Virus record (IMG/VR): IMGVR_UViG_3300035670_012166
Span: 69,915 to 120,181 of that record
Source of the DNA: a virus
Reading direction: 5' to 3' (one strand)
Length of the DNA: 50,267 nt
Each line of letters opens with the position of its first letter. Positions within the stretch are counted from its first letter, which is position 1. Position numbers and translations under genes: made by a program. Positions 9,358-19,673 of this stretch are shown here, in pieces. The notes beneath the pieces are model-generated. The model was not told where the DNA came from. It saw only the letters and a program-made list of their open reading frames with translations, and did not search any database.

Positions 9358-11901
9358 ATGTTCAATTTAAAAAAGTACGTTCTGTCTGCTGATTTATCTA
9401 AAAAAGTTTCTCCCGCAGAAATTCCTGGTGAAACAATTCAAGAAAAAGCTGCTTACATTGCTGAGTATTTAGATAAAGAAATTGGAGACAAGTTAAGCTC
9501 TGGTGAAATTTCAATTGACACTGCTTACAAGTTATTAGCAGAAACAAAAGTATCTGGAGTTCCTGAACAATTTTCTTTTTTAGAAAAATATAGATCCAAT
9601 ATTGCAAATTTAGTTAGTGCAGCATCTGGGATAAAATCTGAACTTGGATCAACAGGTTTATCTAATGAGCAAATTTCTTCAATCATCATAAGCAAATTAC
9701 TGAGCCGTGTTCAAGAAGTGTTCATTCCAGAATTGATAGAGCTCAACAGAACTGGAAAAAGAACTAGTGATGAAGCTGCACAAGTATTGTCAAAACTTCC
9801 AACCTATCAAGATCAAGATAAAATTATGTCTATCAAGGCTTGGATATCTCGTGAAATACAAAGAGAAATTCAAGATGTTATCAATGAATATAAAGACATA
9901 GAAAAAAGAGCATTAGAAATTCCAGATTTTGATAAAGATGATCTTGTGATAATGCTCACACACACACCTATTGAAGCTCTTAAGATTATTTTTCCTGAAA
10001 GAAAAAAAACTGGTACACCTATAGGTCCAAGTAAATTTACTGATCCTACAATTATAAAACAAGTTGAATATATAAACGAAGAAATTCAAAAGTTATCAAA
10101 AAAGGTTTCTATAAAAGGCGAAACTGGTTGGACAAAAGTTTTAGCTTTGTCTTCTAAAATGTCAGAAGAAGAATTATCAAAGTGGAAAGATTTGGTGCAA
10201 CATCCAATAGAATTCAATCTTTATAAAATTCTTAAAAATGCTGGTTTAGTTTCTGCTGGTATGAATGCTAGTATGACTGAAATCCCTGTAAAATTGAAAA
10301 ACAATGGCTTCAGAGACACAGAATTAAGAAGTAGATATCAAGCTATATTTTTCCCTGATATAGATCCATCTACTAACAAACCTTTCCTTTCAGACTCCGA
10401 ACAAAGATATTTGCTGGAAAAATTTGGGCATACTGATCCGAGAAGAATTGAATATGGCGTTGATCAAAGAACTGATTTTATAAAAAGATCTCAAAGTAGA
10501 TTAAAATCTAAATATGCCAAAGATAGATTGTATGAATTTATCCAAGAAGGCTATGATGGACCAGGATTGATGCAGGTAATTATGTCTAACAATTTACCTT
10601 TGGATCAAGCAGGTTTAGCAATTAGATATTATTACAAATCAGTGTGCAAGGGTGACAGAAATAAATTTTTAGGTGACTTAAAAGAGATTGGTTTAGAAGA
10701 ACATTATTCAACCTTATCTCAATTAGGTAATCCTGTTGATAAAAATTACGAAGATCTTAGATTGACAACAGACTCAACCAGTGAAGCAGAAATTATTCGT
10801 ATCTTAAGAGAAGAATTTGGAATTGATGCAGTTCCGTTCAAGGTGTTAGTTCCTATTCCTGTTGATTGTCCTACAAATGCTAATAACTTTGATGTTGACT
10901 TTATGATGCACGTTGATGTTTTGGATTATATAGATCCTGAGACATTTATGCCTGTGGTCAAACCAAAGATTATGTTTGTAGCAGAATATTATGGATTTAA
11001 AAGTGATTCTACAAGAGAAATTGTGGATAGAGGTAAACCTTGGGTAGATCCTGATGGCAATGTTTACACTACACCATCAAGGCTAAATAAAAGAACAGGC
11101 GAAATGATGACTTTTCAGCCTATTTTGCCTGGTAATACTGTAACTGAAGGTGAAGTATATAATCTTAAAACATTGTGGAAAAAAAGAACATATGACACTA
11201 TTGCTCATTTGTTTGGAACTGATGCATTAGGATTTGATGTAAAGGACACCAAAGCTCCATATATTACAATTGCTAGAAAATTAGATGAAAAAGATATCAT
11301 TTATACTTTCTCAGGATGTGGATCAGAACCAGATATTTGCAAAGCTAAAAAAATGATTGATGCAAGTTTGGATTTTGAAAGAAAAGCACAATTAGGCGAT
11401 ATAAATTATCAAAAGGGTCAAGTAAATAACGAAAAACAAAAGTGCTTAAGAGTGGTAGATACAGCATTATTTAGTTACAAATTACAAAATGTCTTAAAAC
11501 AAGTGAGACAAGAATTTGTTGGTAAATCTGGATTTGATAGAAAAACTTTAGCTGCTCATCATTATTATGTTCTTTCTATAAGAGAAGAAATACAAAAATC
11601 CCTTAAGATTTTATCAAGTATCAATGCTTCAAGTGCTACAAAAAAAGCAGCTCAAGAAAGAATTGAAGTAAACCTAAAAGATTTATCAAGTTTAGAAAAT
11701 TCTCCATTATTGCCATTCAAGCAAAGATTAGAAGAAGTGATGCAAGAAAATAAACACGCTTCAATTATTGCTCAATTTGAAGACTTGAAAGATGCAATTC
11801 AAACAGGAAAAATTTCACCTACATTATTAGAATTGAGAAATTATCTTTTAGAAATAGATGAGGGTGTTTTTGGATTTGTTCCAGATCCAGAAAACGTTTA
11901 A
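9358..11901 (+). CDS. Large putative virion-associated protein with PD-(D/E)xK (Vsr/DUF559-like) nuclease domain
   Basis: SEAEIIRILREEFGI...VDF...FVAEYYG...YNLKTLWKK pattern; N-terminal tag MFNLKKYVLSA. Confidence 0.6.
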   Translation: MFNLKKYVLSADLSKKVSPAEIPGETIQEKAAYIAEYLDKEIGDKLSSGEISIDTAYKLLAETKVSGVPEQFSFLEKYRSNIANLVSAASGIKSELGSTGLSNEQISSIIISKLLSRVQEVFIPELIELNRTGKRTSDEAAQVLSKLPTYQDQDKIMSIKAWISREIQREIQDVINEYKDIEKRALEIPDFDKDDLVIMLTHTPIEALKIIFPERKKTGTPIGPSKFTDPTIIKQVEYINEEIQKLSKKVSIKGETGWTKVLALSSKMSEEELSKWKDLVQHPIEFNLYKILKNAGLVSAGMNASMTEIPVKLKNNGFRDTELRSRYQAIFFPDIDPSTNKPFLSDSEQRYLLEKFGHTDPRRIEYGVDQRTDFIKRSQSRLKSKYAKDRLYEFIQEGYDGPGLMQVIMSNNLPLDQAGLAIRYYYKSVCKGDRNKFLGDLKEIGLEEHYSTLSQLGNPVDKNYEDLRLTTDSTSEAEIIRILREEFGIDAVPFKVLVPIPVDCPTNANNFDVDFMMHVDVLDYIDPETFMPVVKPKIMFVAEYYGFKSDSTREIVDRGKPWVDPDGNVYTTPSRLNKRTGEMMTFQPILPGNTVTEGEVYNLKTLWKKRTYDTIAHLFGTDALGFDVKDTKAPYITIARKLDEKDIIYTFSGCGSEPDICKAKKMIDASLDFERKAQLGDINYQKGQVNNEKQKCLRVVDTALFSYKLQNVLKQVRQEFVGKSGFDRKTLAAHHYYVLSIREEIQKSLKILSSINASSATKKAAQERIEVNLKDLSSLENSPLLPFKQRLEEVMQENKHASIIAQFEDLKDAIQTGKISPTLLELRNYLLEIDEGVFGFVPDPENV

Positions 11902-11902
11902 A

Positions 11903-12775
11903 ATGGCAATATACACATCAGATCACATAGGTAAATGGTATTGGCTTAAATATGATAATAACATTGTTTTAGCTGAAACATTTACCTCTGATTTAACTAG
12001 ATCTGTTACTAATAAAAAATTAATTCAAGGTGATGCTGGAGTTCACGTAATGGGTGTTAATGGAAAAACCCTTACAAGTACATTGACATCAAATGTATTA
12101 CTTCAAATTCCTCAAGCTCAATATAATCTTAATGGCCCAGTTCCTACATCCATAATTCCTCCATTTAATCCGGGTTACAAAGATGTTTTGGATTTATTGA
12201 TATCTGATTTTAATCTGATCAGATCATTTTTATATAATCCAAACAATTGGTATATGACACCAAGAAATTTATTAACATCTGCTTCTATCCAAATATCTGA
12301 CACAATTAATTGCACCCTAAACTATAATTGTTTCTATGATCAAATGTTTCAACAAATTGCATTTGCAGATTATTTCCCTAAAAATTTTGATTTTTTAGCA
12401 AGATTAGCAAAGAATTATGATTGTAGATTTTATGCTACAGAAAATTCAGACCAAATGCTTAAAGTTTTATCTGGTAGCATAAATATTAATGTAACGTACA
12501 CAAAACTTTACATAGCAAATACAGAATCAGAATATCCACTTTATTCTCCACAAGGTTATGAAGTTTCTGGATCTATTACAGTACCAGCAAAAAATTGGAA
12601 TATCTTACGTGATTTATATAATTCAAAAGTAGTTTCATTTACAAACTTCTCTCTTTTGATAGGTACAAGATATTTAAGGCTTGGTCAATTTTTAATTGAA
12701 GATAAGATTAATTTTAATTTAAATCCAGATATGACTACGGCTGATATTTCATTCAAGGGCTACGGTAGATTATAA
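11903..12775 (+). CDS. Beta-rich structural protein, tail-tube-like (paralogue 1)
   Basis: Likely start MAIYTSD at 11903; shares IQGD, GYxxSG and RYxxxG motifs with next ORF; fold is inferred. Confidence 0.5.
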   Translation: MAIYTSDHIGKWYWLKYDNNIVLAETFTSDLTRSVTNKKLIQGDAGVHVMGVNGKTLTSTLTSNVLLQIPQAQYNLNGPVPTSIIPPFNPGYKDVLDLLISDFNLIRSFLYNPNNWYMTPRNLLTSASIQISDTINCTLNYNCFYDQMFQQIAFADYFPKNFDFLARLAKNYDCRFYATENSDQMLKVLSGSININVTYTKLYIANTESEYPLYSPQGYEVSGSITVPAKNWNILRDLYNSKVVSFTNFSLLIGTRYLRLGQFLIEDKINFNLNPDMTTADISFKGYGRL

Positions 12776-13713
12776 TGCCAATCTTATCCACAGAAGTTAT
12801 ATCAAATTATTATTGCATCTCACTCAATAATAAAACTTATATTCTTGATTCTTGGAATGAAAATTTACAACAAGATGTTACAGATAAATCTTTCATTCAA
12901 GGTGATATTGCAAACAGAATCGTTGATATAAATAATCCATTACATCAAGCTACGATGTCTGGTCCTATTTTGCTTTTGAAAGATTTAGATGCAGAATTAA
13001 AAGTAGTAGATAATTCTTTCATAAATGTTGCTGATGCTAATAAAAATTTACCACCATATGGTATTTATGATATTTTTGATTTGATTATTGAAAATTTAGG
13101 TATTGTTTCTAGACCAATAACAGAAGTAACAGATTTACCATATTTTATAGACAGTGGAACGATAGCTCTTAATTTTTCTGATGTAAATTCTACTGTAACA
13201 TTAACTAGCATTTATCCACAAGGTTTTGAAAGAACTCAAATATTAGGAAACACCAAATCAACTGCAAGTAAGAATTTTCAAGAAAGTCGAATATTAGGAA
13301 GAACTGTAAAATTCTGGGATTTCAGATTTAGAATTTTTGGTGATTTTTATGCACTTACTCAAGCCACAATCAATATTAGAGTAACTAGTGATAAGAAAAC
13401 TAACATTGGAAACAATTATTATGATGGTAATACTAATCCAGATTTTATTATTACTGGATATTCTATTTCTGGTGATGCAATAATCACTATTCCGCCATCT
13501 CAATTTGAAAACTTTAGATTATATCAAGCTCCAGGAAGCTTTAATGTTTTTCAAAATGCTATAGGTATTGGATTAATTGATTCATACAGAGGGCATAGAT
13601 ATATTGATTTTGGTAACTATCTAACATTACCAAGAATAGAATTAGATATGAGAACAAATCAATCTATTAGTGCCAGAATCAGTTTCAACACATTTGTACG
13701 CAGATCATATTAG
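12775..13713 (+). CDS. Beta-rich structural protein, tail-tube-like (paralogue 2)
   Basis: Collinear similarity to previous ORF; TAATG coupling. Confidence 0.5.
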   Translation: MPILSTEVISNYYCISLNNKTYILDSWNENLQQDVTDKSFIQGDIANRIVDINNPLHQATMSGPILLLKDLDAELKVVDNSFINVADANKNLPPYGIYDIFDLIIENLGIVSRPITEVTDLPYFIDSGTIALNFSDVNSTVTLTSIYPQGFERTQILGNTKSTASKNFQESRILGRTVKFWDFRFRIFGDFYALTQATINIRVTSDKKTNIGNNYYDGNTNPDFIITGYSISGDAIITIPPSQFENFRLYQAPGSFNVFQNAIGIGLIDSYRGHRYIDFGNYLTLPRIELDMRTNQSISARISFNTFVRRSY

Positions 13714-13731
13714 CAACTGTACAAATATTTT

Positions 13732-14274
13732 ATGCAAAACTATTTAAGTTTTCATCTTCATTGCGAAGATGAATCTATGTATGAACAATTACCCGATAAT
13801 TCTTTGATTTTGAGCTTTACTATACCAGGTAGACCATCAACTAAGAAAACTTCTCAAAGAGTGGTAAGAAGAGGCAAATATACCAAAATTTTACCATCTG
13901 CTTTGTATGAGAGGTATGAATTACATTGCAAAGAATATTGTGAATTTTTCTGGTCAAAATTTAATCTAAAGCCTATTGATTTTGGTATTGGAATTAAACT
14001 TAAAGTTTATCTTGATTCTTGGATTGTTGGTGATGAATGTGGATATCAACAAGCTCACGGAGATATTATTCAAAAACACGGAATTATTGCAGATGATATG
14101 TGGATTCATTGGTTAGACAGAGATTCTCATATGATTAATTACGATAAAGAAAATCCTCGTGTTGAAGTGGAAATTTACAGATATAGACATCCAAAAGAAC
14201 AATTCAGAAATGAGAAATTGGAAAAGGAAGCTATCAAAGAAGCAAAGAAAAAAAATAAAACAATCAAGGAATAG
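13732..14274 (+). CDS. RusA-like Holliday junction resolvase (divergent)
   Basis: FTIPGRPSTKK start, GIIADD, ENPRVEVEI; the DxDN motif is degenerate (GDECG). Confidence 0.7.
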   Translation: MQNYLSFHLHCEDESMYEQLPDNSLILSFTIPGRPSTKKTSQRVVRRGKYTKILPSALYERYELHCKEYCEFFWSKFNLKPIDFGIGIKLKVYLDSWIVGDECGYQQAHGDIIQKHGIIADDMWIHWLDRDSHMINYDKENPRVEVEIYRYRHPKEQFRNEKLEKEAIKEAKKKNKTIKE

Positions 14275-14277
14275 CTT

Positions 14278-14559
14278 ATGAGCAATATTATAATTGTTGA
14301 TTTTAGAGACAATGAAGACTTTGAAAATCACCCTTATATATCATATTTAAAACAAACTTTAAATATGATTTCTTATCTTGAAGAAGCTGCTGAATTATGG
14401 AAACTTAATGATTTCTTTGTTGAATGTGTTTCTGATTATTTGCAAATTAAAAGAGAAAGAGTTTTTATCACTAGACTTTGGGATATACCTATAGATTTAT
14501 CTTCTAATAGAGTGGGAATAATTACTAGTCAATCTTTTTTCCCAATAATTAAGACATAA
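14278..14559 (+). CDS. Hypothetical protein
   Basis: 93-aa ORF followed by terminator. Confidence 0.6.
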   Translation: MSNIIIVDFRDNEDFENHPYISYLKQTLNMISYLEEAAELWKLNDFFVECVSDYLQIKRERVFITRLWDIPIDLSSNRVGIITSQSFFPIIKT

Positions 14560-14588
14560 AAAAAGCAGGCTTTGCAGCCTGCTTTTTT
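14558..14588. terminator. Bidirectional intrinsic terminator
   Basis: AAAAAAGCAGGC-TTTGCA-GCCTGCTTTTTT between convergent genes; near-identical hairpin at 22443-22473. Confidence 0.8.
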
Positions 14589-14601
14589 GTTTGATTGTAA
14601 A

Positions 14602-14931
14602 TTATGAATTAGCTACGATGTAATGTGGCTCAGTATCAGTAATTGTAAACTCACCAGAAACACCAAGTGGAGTTACAATTTCCTTCATACGATCTTGAAG
14701 AGCAGAAGTATTTTCTGTAAGTGCCTCATTAAGAACACTCAATCGCTCTTGTGCCTGTTGCAATTGAGAAGCATACTGTTGCGCTACAGTAACAAACTCA
14801 AGAACATCTGACTTTTGAGCCTTAAGCTCAAGAATTGATTGTCGCATAGAAACCAACTCAAGATACTCATCATGAGAAATACTTGGTTGCTCCTCGCTTA
14901 CTACAGCTGTTACGTCTGTGGACTCGTCCAT
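14602..14931 (-). CDS. Hypothetical coiled-coil protein
   Basis: 109 aa, AAGGA SD upstream. Confidence 0.7.
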   Translation of the reverse strand: MDESTDVTAVVSEEQPSISHDEYLELVSMRQSILELKAQKSDVLEFVTVAQQYASQLQQAQERLSVLNEALTENTSALQDRMKEIVTPLGVSGEFTITDTEPHYIVANS

Positions 14932-15056
14932 TTGATATATATCCTTTTGATCAATTGATCTGTAATTATCATACCTTGAATTTTTATTTTGTCAACTCTT
15001 GATACTAAGAAGTTGATGAGGTATTATCAAATATCTTTATACAAAAAGTTGAAGTT

Positions 15057-15746
15057 ATGAATACAATTTTCTTAAGTCCATCTGACCTAGCATTCTTGTT
15101 CGATGATAGTCCTTGGGGATTTCATCAAAAGTACAATCAAGGAATCAAAAGACCTCCTGTAATTATTCCTCGTATTTTCACTGTAATTGACACACTTACT
15201 AAAGTTTGTTGTGAAAATAAAAATATGAAGGAATTTGACCCATCATTTCCAGATGCCATATTGACTGGAGCAGATCAATGGATCAAGAGTAAGCCTATAA
15301 GTAATCCTGATTATCCAGATTATGAAGTTGTATTACGTGGAAAAATTGATGGAGTTTTGAAATTTGCTGATGGATTTCATTCAGTAATTGATTTTAAAAC
15401 TTGTGAAATTCAAGAAAAAACTTTGCAAAAATATGTGCGTCAATTATCTTGTTATAGCTATGCTCTTTTAAATCCAAATTCAGCATCAGATTATAGTGTT
15501 ATGATAAATGACAAAATTGGTTTATTTGTTTATGAACCCACTAAGTTTTCTATTGGTGGTGATGGTTCTGCTAATTTAGGTGGGAAACTCAAGTATTTAG
15601 AATACAAACTTGACCTCGATGGTTTCACTAAATTTATAATTAATCAAGTAATTCCATTAATTGCTGGTAAAGAACCAAAGCCAACTGATGATGATCCTTG
15701 CTGGGTTTATATGAAACAATTTGGTTTTGAATACGAAGAAGAATAA
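15057..15746 (+). CDS. PD-(D/E)xK nuclease superfamily (RecB/Cas4-like exonuclease)
   Basis: LSPSDL, LRGKIDG, VIDFKT, QLSCYSYAL motifs. Confidence 0.85.
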   Translation: MNTIFLSPSDLAFLFDDSPWGFHQKYNQGIKRPPVIIPRIFTVIDTLTKVCCENKNMKEFDPSFPDAILTGADQWIKSKPISNPDYPDYEVVLRGKIDGVLKFADGFHSVIDFKTCEIQEKTLQKYVRQLSCYSYALLNPNSASDYSVMINDKIGLFVYEPTKFSIGGDGSANLGGKLKYLEYKLDLDGFTKFIINQVIPLIAGKEPKPTDDDPCWVYMKQFGFEYEEE

Positions 15747-15799
15747 TAAGAAAAAGGAATTGCAAGGAAGCAATTCCTTTTTTGTTGTAAATAAATGAT

Positions 15800-16768
15800 A
15801 TGAAATCTGCAAATAAAGTATTATATAATCATCGTATAGCACAATCTAAAGAATCGTGGGAAACGGATTTTCTTTCCAAAATTAAAAATGGTAATGATTT
15901 ATTGTATTTAGCAGCTACTAAACTTTATGGCGCAGGAGAAGAAAGTTATAAAGATTTCTATACCCCGCAAAATAAAAGTGCATTAATTGCTAAAATAAAA
16001 GAAATTGCTACTTCGCCATATAACCAAAGATGGCATAAAAACTTTGAGCAAAATATAGATGCAGCAATTTCACAACTAGATAAAGAAATAGCTAAAAATA
16101 AAACAACCAAACCTGAAAAAGAAATAGATACCAATCCATCTTTTGGTAGTGGCTCAAGAACAACAATACCAGGTATGGCTACACCTTCAGTTGCTCCAGA
16201 AATTACTACTGGGACATTTGATGAAAGTCCTGATGACACTGAAGAAGATAAACAATCATCTACAGCTGCAAAACTAATAGTTGCTGATATTAAAAATCTT
16301 ATGAAATCTGCAGATAGTGATCAAAATAATTTTGTAAGAAACTTTTACAAATTGAAAGAACCAATTGATAAAAAAATTGCTGAACAAAAAGATTCTTTTT
16401 TAACTAAAAATCCTAACGATATGATATCGATCAATAGATGGTTAGAAAAACTTAATGATCTATACATAAAGATACAATCTCCTACAGGAGCTCATAAAGC
16501 AGGAAAAACATATTTTGTAACTGATTACAATACTGCATTTGATGATTTAAGAAATACATTATTATATCCTGAATATTACGAAGCTGATGAAGCGAAAGCC
16601 ATTATAAAAATTATTCAAAAAAACTTCTTGAATAAATATCCAAACAATACTGATATTGCTGGACAAAATGGTGAGAGAATTAAAGAATTCAATACCTTAA
16701 TAAATAAATACAACGATAAATGGGGAACTAACTTACCAAAGTTAGTTTATATGATAAGAAATGCCTAA
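15800..16768 (+). CDS. Hypothetical protein, putative virion-associated
   Basis: N-terminal LYNHRIAQ tag; two helical regions joined by a P/T/S/acidic linker; upstream AGGA-N17-TGTA motif. Confidence 0.65.
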   Translation: MKSANKVLYNHRIAQSKESWETDFLSKIKNGNDLLYLAATKLYGAGEESYKDFYTPQNKSALIAKIKEIATSPYNQRWHKNFEQNIDAAISQLDKEIAKNKTTKPEKEIDTNPSFGSGSRTTIPGMATPSVAPEITTGTFDESPDDTEEDKQSSTAAKLIVADIKNLMKSADSDQNNFVRNFYKLKEPIDKKIAEQKDSFLTKNPNDMISINRWLEKLNDLYIKIQSPTGAHKAGKTYFVTDYNTAFDDLRNTLLYPEYYEADEAKAIIKIIQKNFLNKYPNNTDIAGQNGERIKEFNTLINKYNDKWGTNLPKLVYMIRNA

Positions 16769-16934
16769 AGTAGTACACGATCTGGTTGATAAATTATTAG
16801 CAGATCCTGATTTTTATCCAGAAAAATCTGAAGAAGATAGAGAATCAACAGCTTGGGCAATAGCATATTCTAAACAAAAGAAAAAATCATTCAATCTCAA
16901 AGATTACAAAATAGCAAAAAACCAGACAAGTTAG
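16761..16934 (+). CDS. ChaB-like small protein (57 aa)
   Basis: Below ORF-track cutoff. MPKVVHDLVDKLLADPDFYPEKSEEDRESTAWAIAYSKQKKKSFNLKDYKIAKNQTS; followed by a terminator. Confidence 0.6.
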   Translation: MPKVVHDLVDKLLADPDFYPEKSEEDRESTAWAIAYSKQKKKSFNLKDYKIAKNQTS

Positions 16935-16960
16935 TCTGGTTTTTTATTTATAATATTTTT

Positions 16961-17668
16961 ATGACAAAACTTAGTCTTATAATGCTCACAAATACTGTAA
17001 ACGATGAAATTTACAGAATGACACAAAATGCACTTGATTCTTTACATAATTCAATAGGATCTGAAGAATTCAATATAGTTTTAGTAGAATCTAACAAAGA
17101 TATCAATTGGGACTATAAACACGTTAATTTTTACCTCAAGCCACCAGTTGATTTCAATTACAATACATACTTAAATATTGCAATTGAAAATTGTGATTCG
17201 GAATACATTGGTGTTGTCAATAATGATGTAAATTTTCACAATGATTGGTGGGTAAAAATGGAAGCTGCAATTATCAAACATAATTTAGATACAGCTTCGC
17301 CAAGATCACCTACAGAGCAAAATGGCATTGTGCCAAGAGCTGAAATCAAACATAGATTTACACCTGAAACGATGGTAAGAGTAGGCTTTGATTTGATTAT
17401 TAACTTTTGTGGATGGTGTTGGGTAATGAAAAGAGAAGTGAAAGATTGGTTGTTTCCATTAGATGAACAATTTTCTTTCTTCTTTCAAGACAATGACATT
17501 ATTATGAGATTGCAAGAAAAAGGCTGCAAACACGGGATGGTTGCAGCTTCTAAAGTGGATCATTATGGGCAGAGATCTCACAGAACATTTAAAAATGAAG
17601 AAGAATGGATGAAAAATACATTTGCTTTAGAAAAGAATTTTATAGAAAAATGGAGGCATCGAATGTGA
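16961..17668 (+). CDS. Glycosyltransferase family 2
   Basis: IVLVES, FNYNTYLN, VVNNDV (DxD-like), LDEQF...QDND. Confidence 0.85.
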   Translation: MTKLSLIMLTNTVNDEIYRMTQNALDSLHNSIGSEEFNIVLVESNKDINWDYKHVNFYLKPPVDFNYNTYLNIAIENCDSEYIGVVNNDVNFHNDWWVKMEAAIIKHNLDTASPRSPTEQNGIVPRAEIKHRFTPETMVRVGFDLIINFCGWCWVMKREVKDWLFPLDEQFSFFFQDNDIIMRLQEKGCKHGMVAASKVDHYGQRSHRTFKNEEEWMKNTFALEKNFIEKWRHRM

Positions 17669-17681
17669 TGCCTCCATTTTT
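17646..17681. terminator. Bidirectional intrinsic terminator
   Basis: AAAAATGGAGGCATC...GATGCCTCCATTTTT between convergent glycosyltransferase genes. Confidence 0.75.
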
Positions 17682-17683
17682 AT

Positions 17684-18601
17684 TTACTTATTCAATAAAG
17701 ATAATTCTTTAACTACGTGTTCAGCTAGAGCTTTAGTAGTGTTGTACTTTACAAAATGCTCCATCATTTCAGATTGCAAATATTCATAATTTGCATCTAA
17801 CCACTTACTTTCATTTTTCTCAAAGAAAATAACTTTTGTAAGAAGAGCTTTTGGAAATCTCATCATTGCATAACGTGGGCAATTAGCAATGTCAGGAAAA
17901 AGAGGAATACATCCATTACCCATAATTTCATAATGCCTTAGACAATCCCATCCTGCTTTTTGGGTAGTGTAAGCATATTTTGAAAATTGATAATCTTGGT
18001 AATATTCTGCCTCTGTGTTGAAAACATAGGTCTTTTTATCTCTTGGATCACTATAAGCAATTCTGCGCTCTTTCTTTTGGCCATTATTAGTTTTATGTGT
18101 CGGGAATGCAAAACTAATTGGAAGAACAAACTGCATATATTCCTGAAGATGAGCTTGACGTTGATCAGGATATAATTCTCTCTTGAAATAAATTACCCCA
18201 TCCTTAATTCGCTCTTCATTAAAGGCATTTGTATCTTCGCCATCTACAAAAATGATTTTCTTCTTATCATAATTTTCTAGAACTAATTGAAGATGATCTT
18301 GACAACGCCAAATACTTCCATAAATTACATAATCAAAATACTTGTTGCGAATCTTTTTTGTAATATCATCACGGTCAGCATTGTCAGAAGTAATATTTCT
18401 GCAAATTGTAAAGCCCTTACCATACTCTGTGGCTAATTGCTCATCAGAATAATCTGAATATAGGTGAAATCTCTTATTGCAGTCAACTACATCATCACCA
18501 AAAAGTTCTTTAAGACCAAGAAGCAAACAGTCATCTTGGTAATCAGTCAACCAGGGAAATTGCTGGGACCTTTGATTTCCAGAAATATATAAAATCTTCA
18601 T
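17684..18601 (-). CDS. GT-B type glycosyltransferase-like protein
   Basis: FVDGED, YFKRE and GWDCLRHYEIMGNGCIPLF motifs; likely start MKILYISG. Confidence 0.7.
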   Translation of the reverse strand: MKILYISGNQRSQQFPWLTDYQDDCLLLGLKELFGDDVVDCNKRFHLYSDYSDEQLATEYGKGFTICRNITSDNADRDDITKKIRNKYFDYVIYGSIWRCQDHLQLVLENYDKKKIIFVDGEDTNAFNEERIKDGVIYFKRELYPDQRQAHLQEYMQFVLPISFAFPTHKTNNGQKKERRIAYSDPRDKKTYVFNTEAEYYQDYQFSKYAYTTQKAGWDCLRHYEIMGNGCIPLFPDIANCPRYAMMRFPKALLTKVIFFEKNESKWLDANYEYLQSEMMEHFVKYNTTKALAEHVVKELSLLNK

Positions 18602-18628
18602 AAAAATATTGTACACTCCGAAGCAGAA

Positions 18629-19183
18629 TTACGCTCTAACTTCAATTGTACATTTTATATCAACTTCATAATTAATGCAAATTTCTGCTAATTTTTTAAG
18701 AAGATTTAACTGACCAATCATTATAAGATTGGATGGTTCAGGCCTAGATACTGAAATTAATTCAAGTCCTGCCTCAATCCTTTTGAGAATTGAAACAGGA
18801 TTATAAGACCTATCTGGTTTTATATCTAAGGTGTAAAACATTGGCAAAATATAATCATTGGTAATTTCTATTTTGTCTACACCATCTTGAAGATCACATT
18901 TGAATAATTGAAAGCTATAAGCTACACAAGATTGATCTTCTATTATGTATTCAATGCAATATTCGTGATCGTAATTTAATTCATAATTAAATTGGTTTTC
19001 ATTTAAGATCTCTTGCCATTGAGATAAAGTCCTTCTGTTGTTCAATTCAATTAAATCTTGTAATAAAACAAGCATTATTGATTTGTAATTGGAAGGTGGA
19101 ATAACTTGGCCTTTCCACAACACATTTTCAGGTTTAGGATGATTTTTGATATCTGGCTGGAAAACTAAAAGCCTATAACTCAT
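18629..19183 (-). CDS. Hypothetical protein
   Basis: 184-aa ORF; TAAAAT 6 nt upstream of ATG. Confidence 0.65.
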   Translation of the reverse strand: MSYRLLVFQPDIKNHPKPENVLWKGQVIPPSNYKSIMLVLLQDLIELNNRRTLSQWQEILNENQFNYELNYDHEYCIEYIIEDQSCVAYSFQLFKCDLQDGVDKIEITNDYILPMFYTLDIKPDRSYNPVSILKRIEAGLELISVSRPEPSNLIMIGQLNLLKKLAEICINYEVDIKCTIEVRA

Positions 19184-19202
19184 AATCTAATTTTACATTA
19201 GA

Positions 19203-19673
19203 TTATTCTTGATCAATTAATTTCTCATAAGTTTCAAAAAATTCTTGAGAAGCAATCCTGTATACCTCAGTGTAACTAGGAGATGGAGAAACAATATAAT
19301 CACCAGGTTTCAGTGACATCAATCTGCCCCATTTTGCTACAAATTCTAGTTCTGATCCATAATATCTGCAAGCAATAATTTTACCTTTAGGAATATAAAC
19401 TGCACCTTGGTCATAATAATAGAAAAATTTATATCTACTAAAAAGCATATCACAGGGAACAATATATTCTTCTTGACATTCTGTTTGTAAATTTTTCACT
19501 ACAAAATCGCCTTCTTTTGCATAATTTGTAGTTTCTAATCCATCTGCAGTCCAAGTTTCTATATATTGATTTTTGGTAGCAGGATAAGCATAAATTAAAC
19601 AAGTTTTAAAATACTCTTGTCCATTATCTCTTATTTCAGGAAAGAAATAAGAGTATGCTTCCTCTTGTGTCAT
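19203..19673 (-). CDS. PGDYG-like protein (internal duplication)
   Basis: Two copies of GD[FY][VI]V...E.Y.[VI]....F...Y. Confidence 0.6.
   Translation of the reverse strand: MTQEEAYSYFFPEIRDNGQEYFKTCLIYAYPATKNQYIETWTADGLETTNYAKEGDFVVKNLQTECQEEYIVPCDMLFSRYKFFYYYDQGAVYIPKGKIIACRYYGSELEFVAKWGRLMSLKPGDYIVSPSPSYTEVYRIASQEFFETYEKLIDQE

Noticed and set aside
15057-15746. Cas4/CRISPR system
   Set aside because: No Fe-S cysteine set, no other cas genes and no repeat-spacer array seen in the window.
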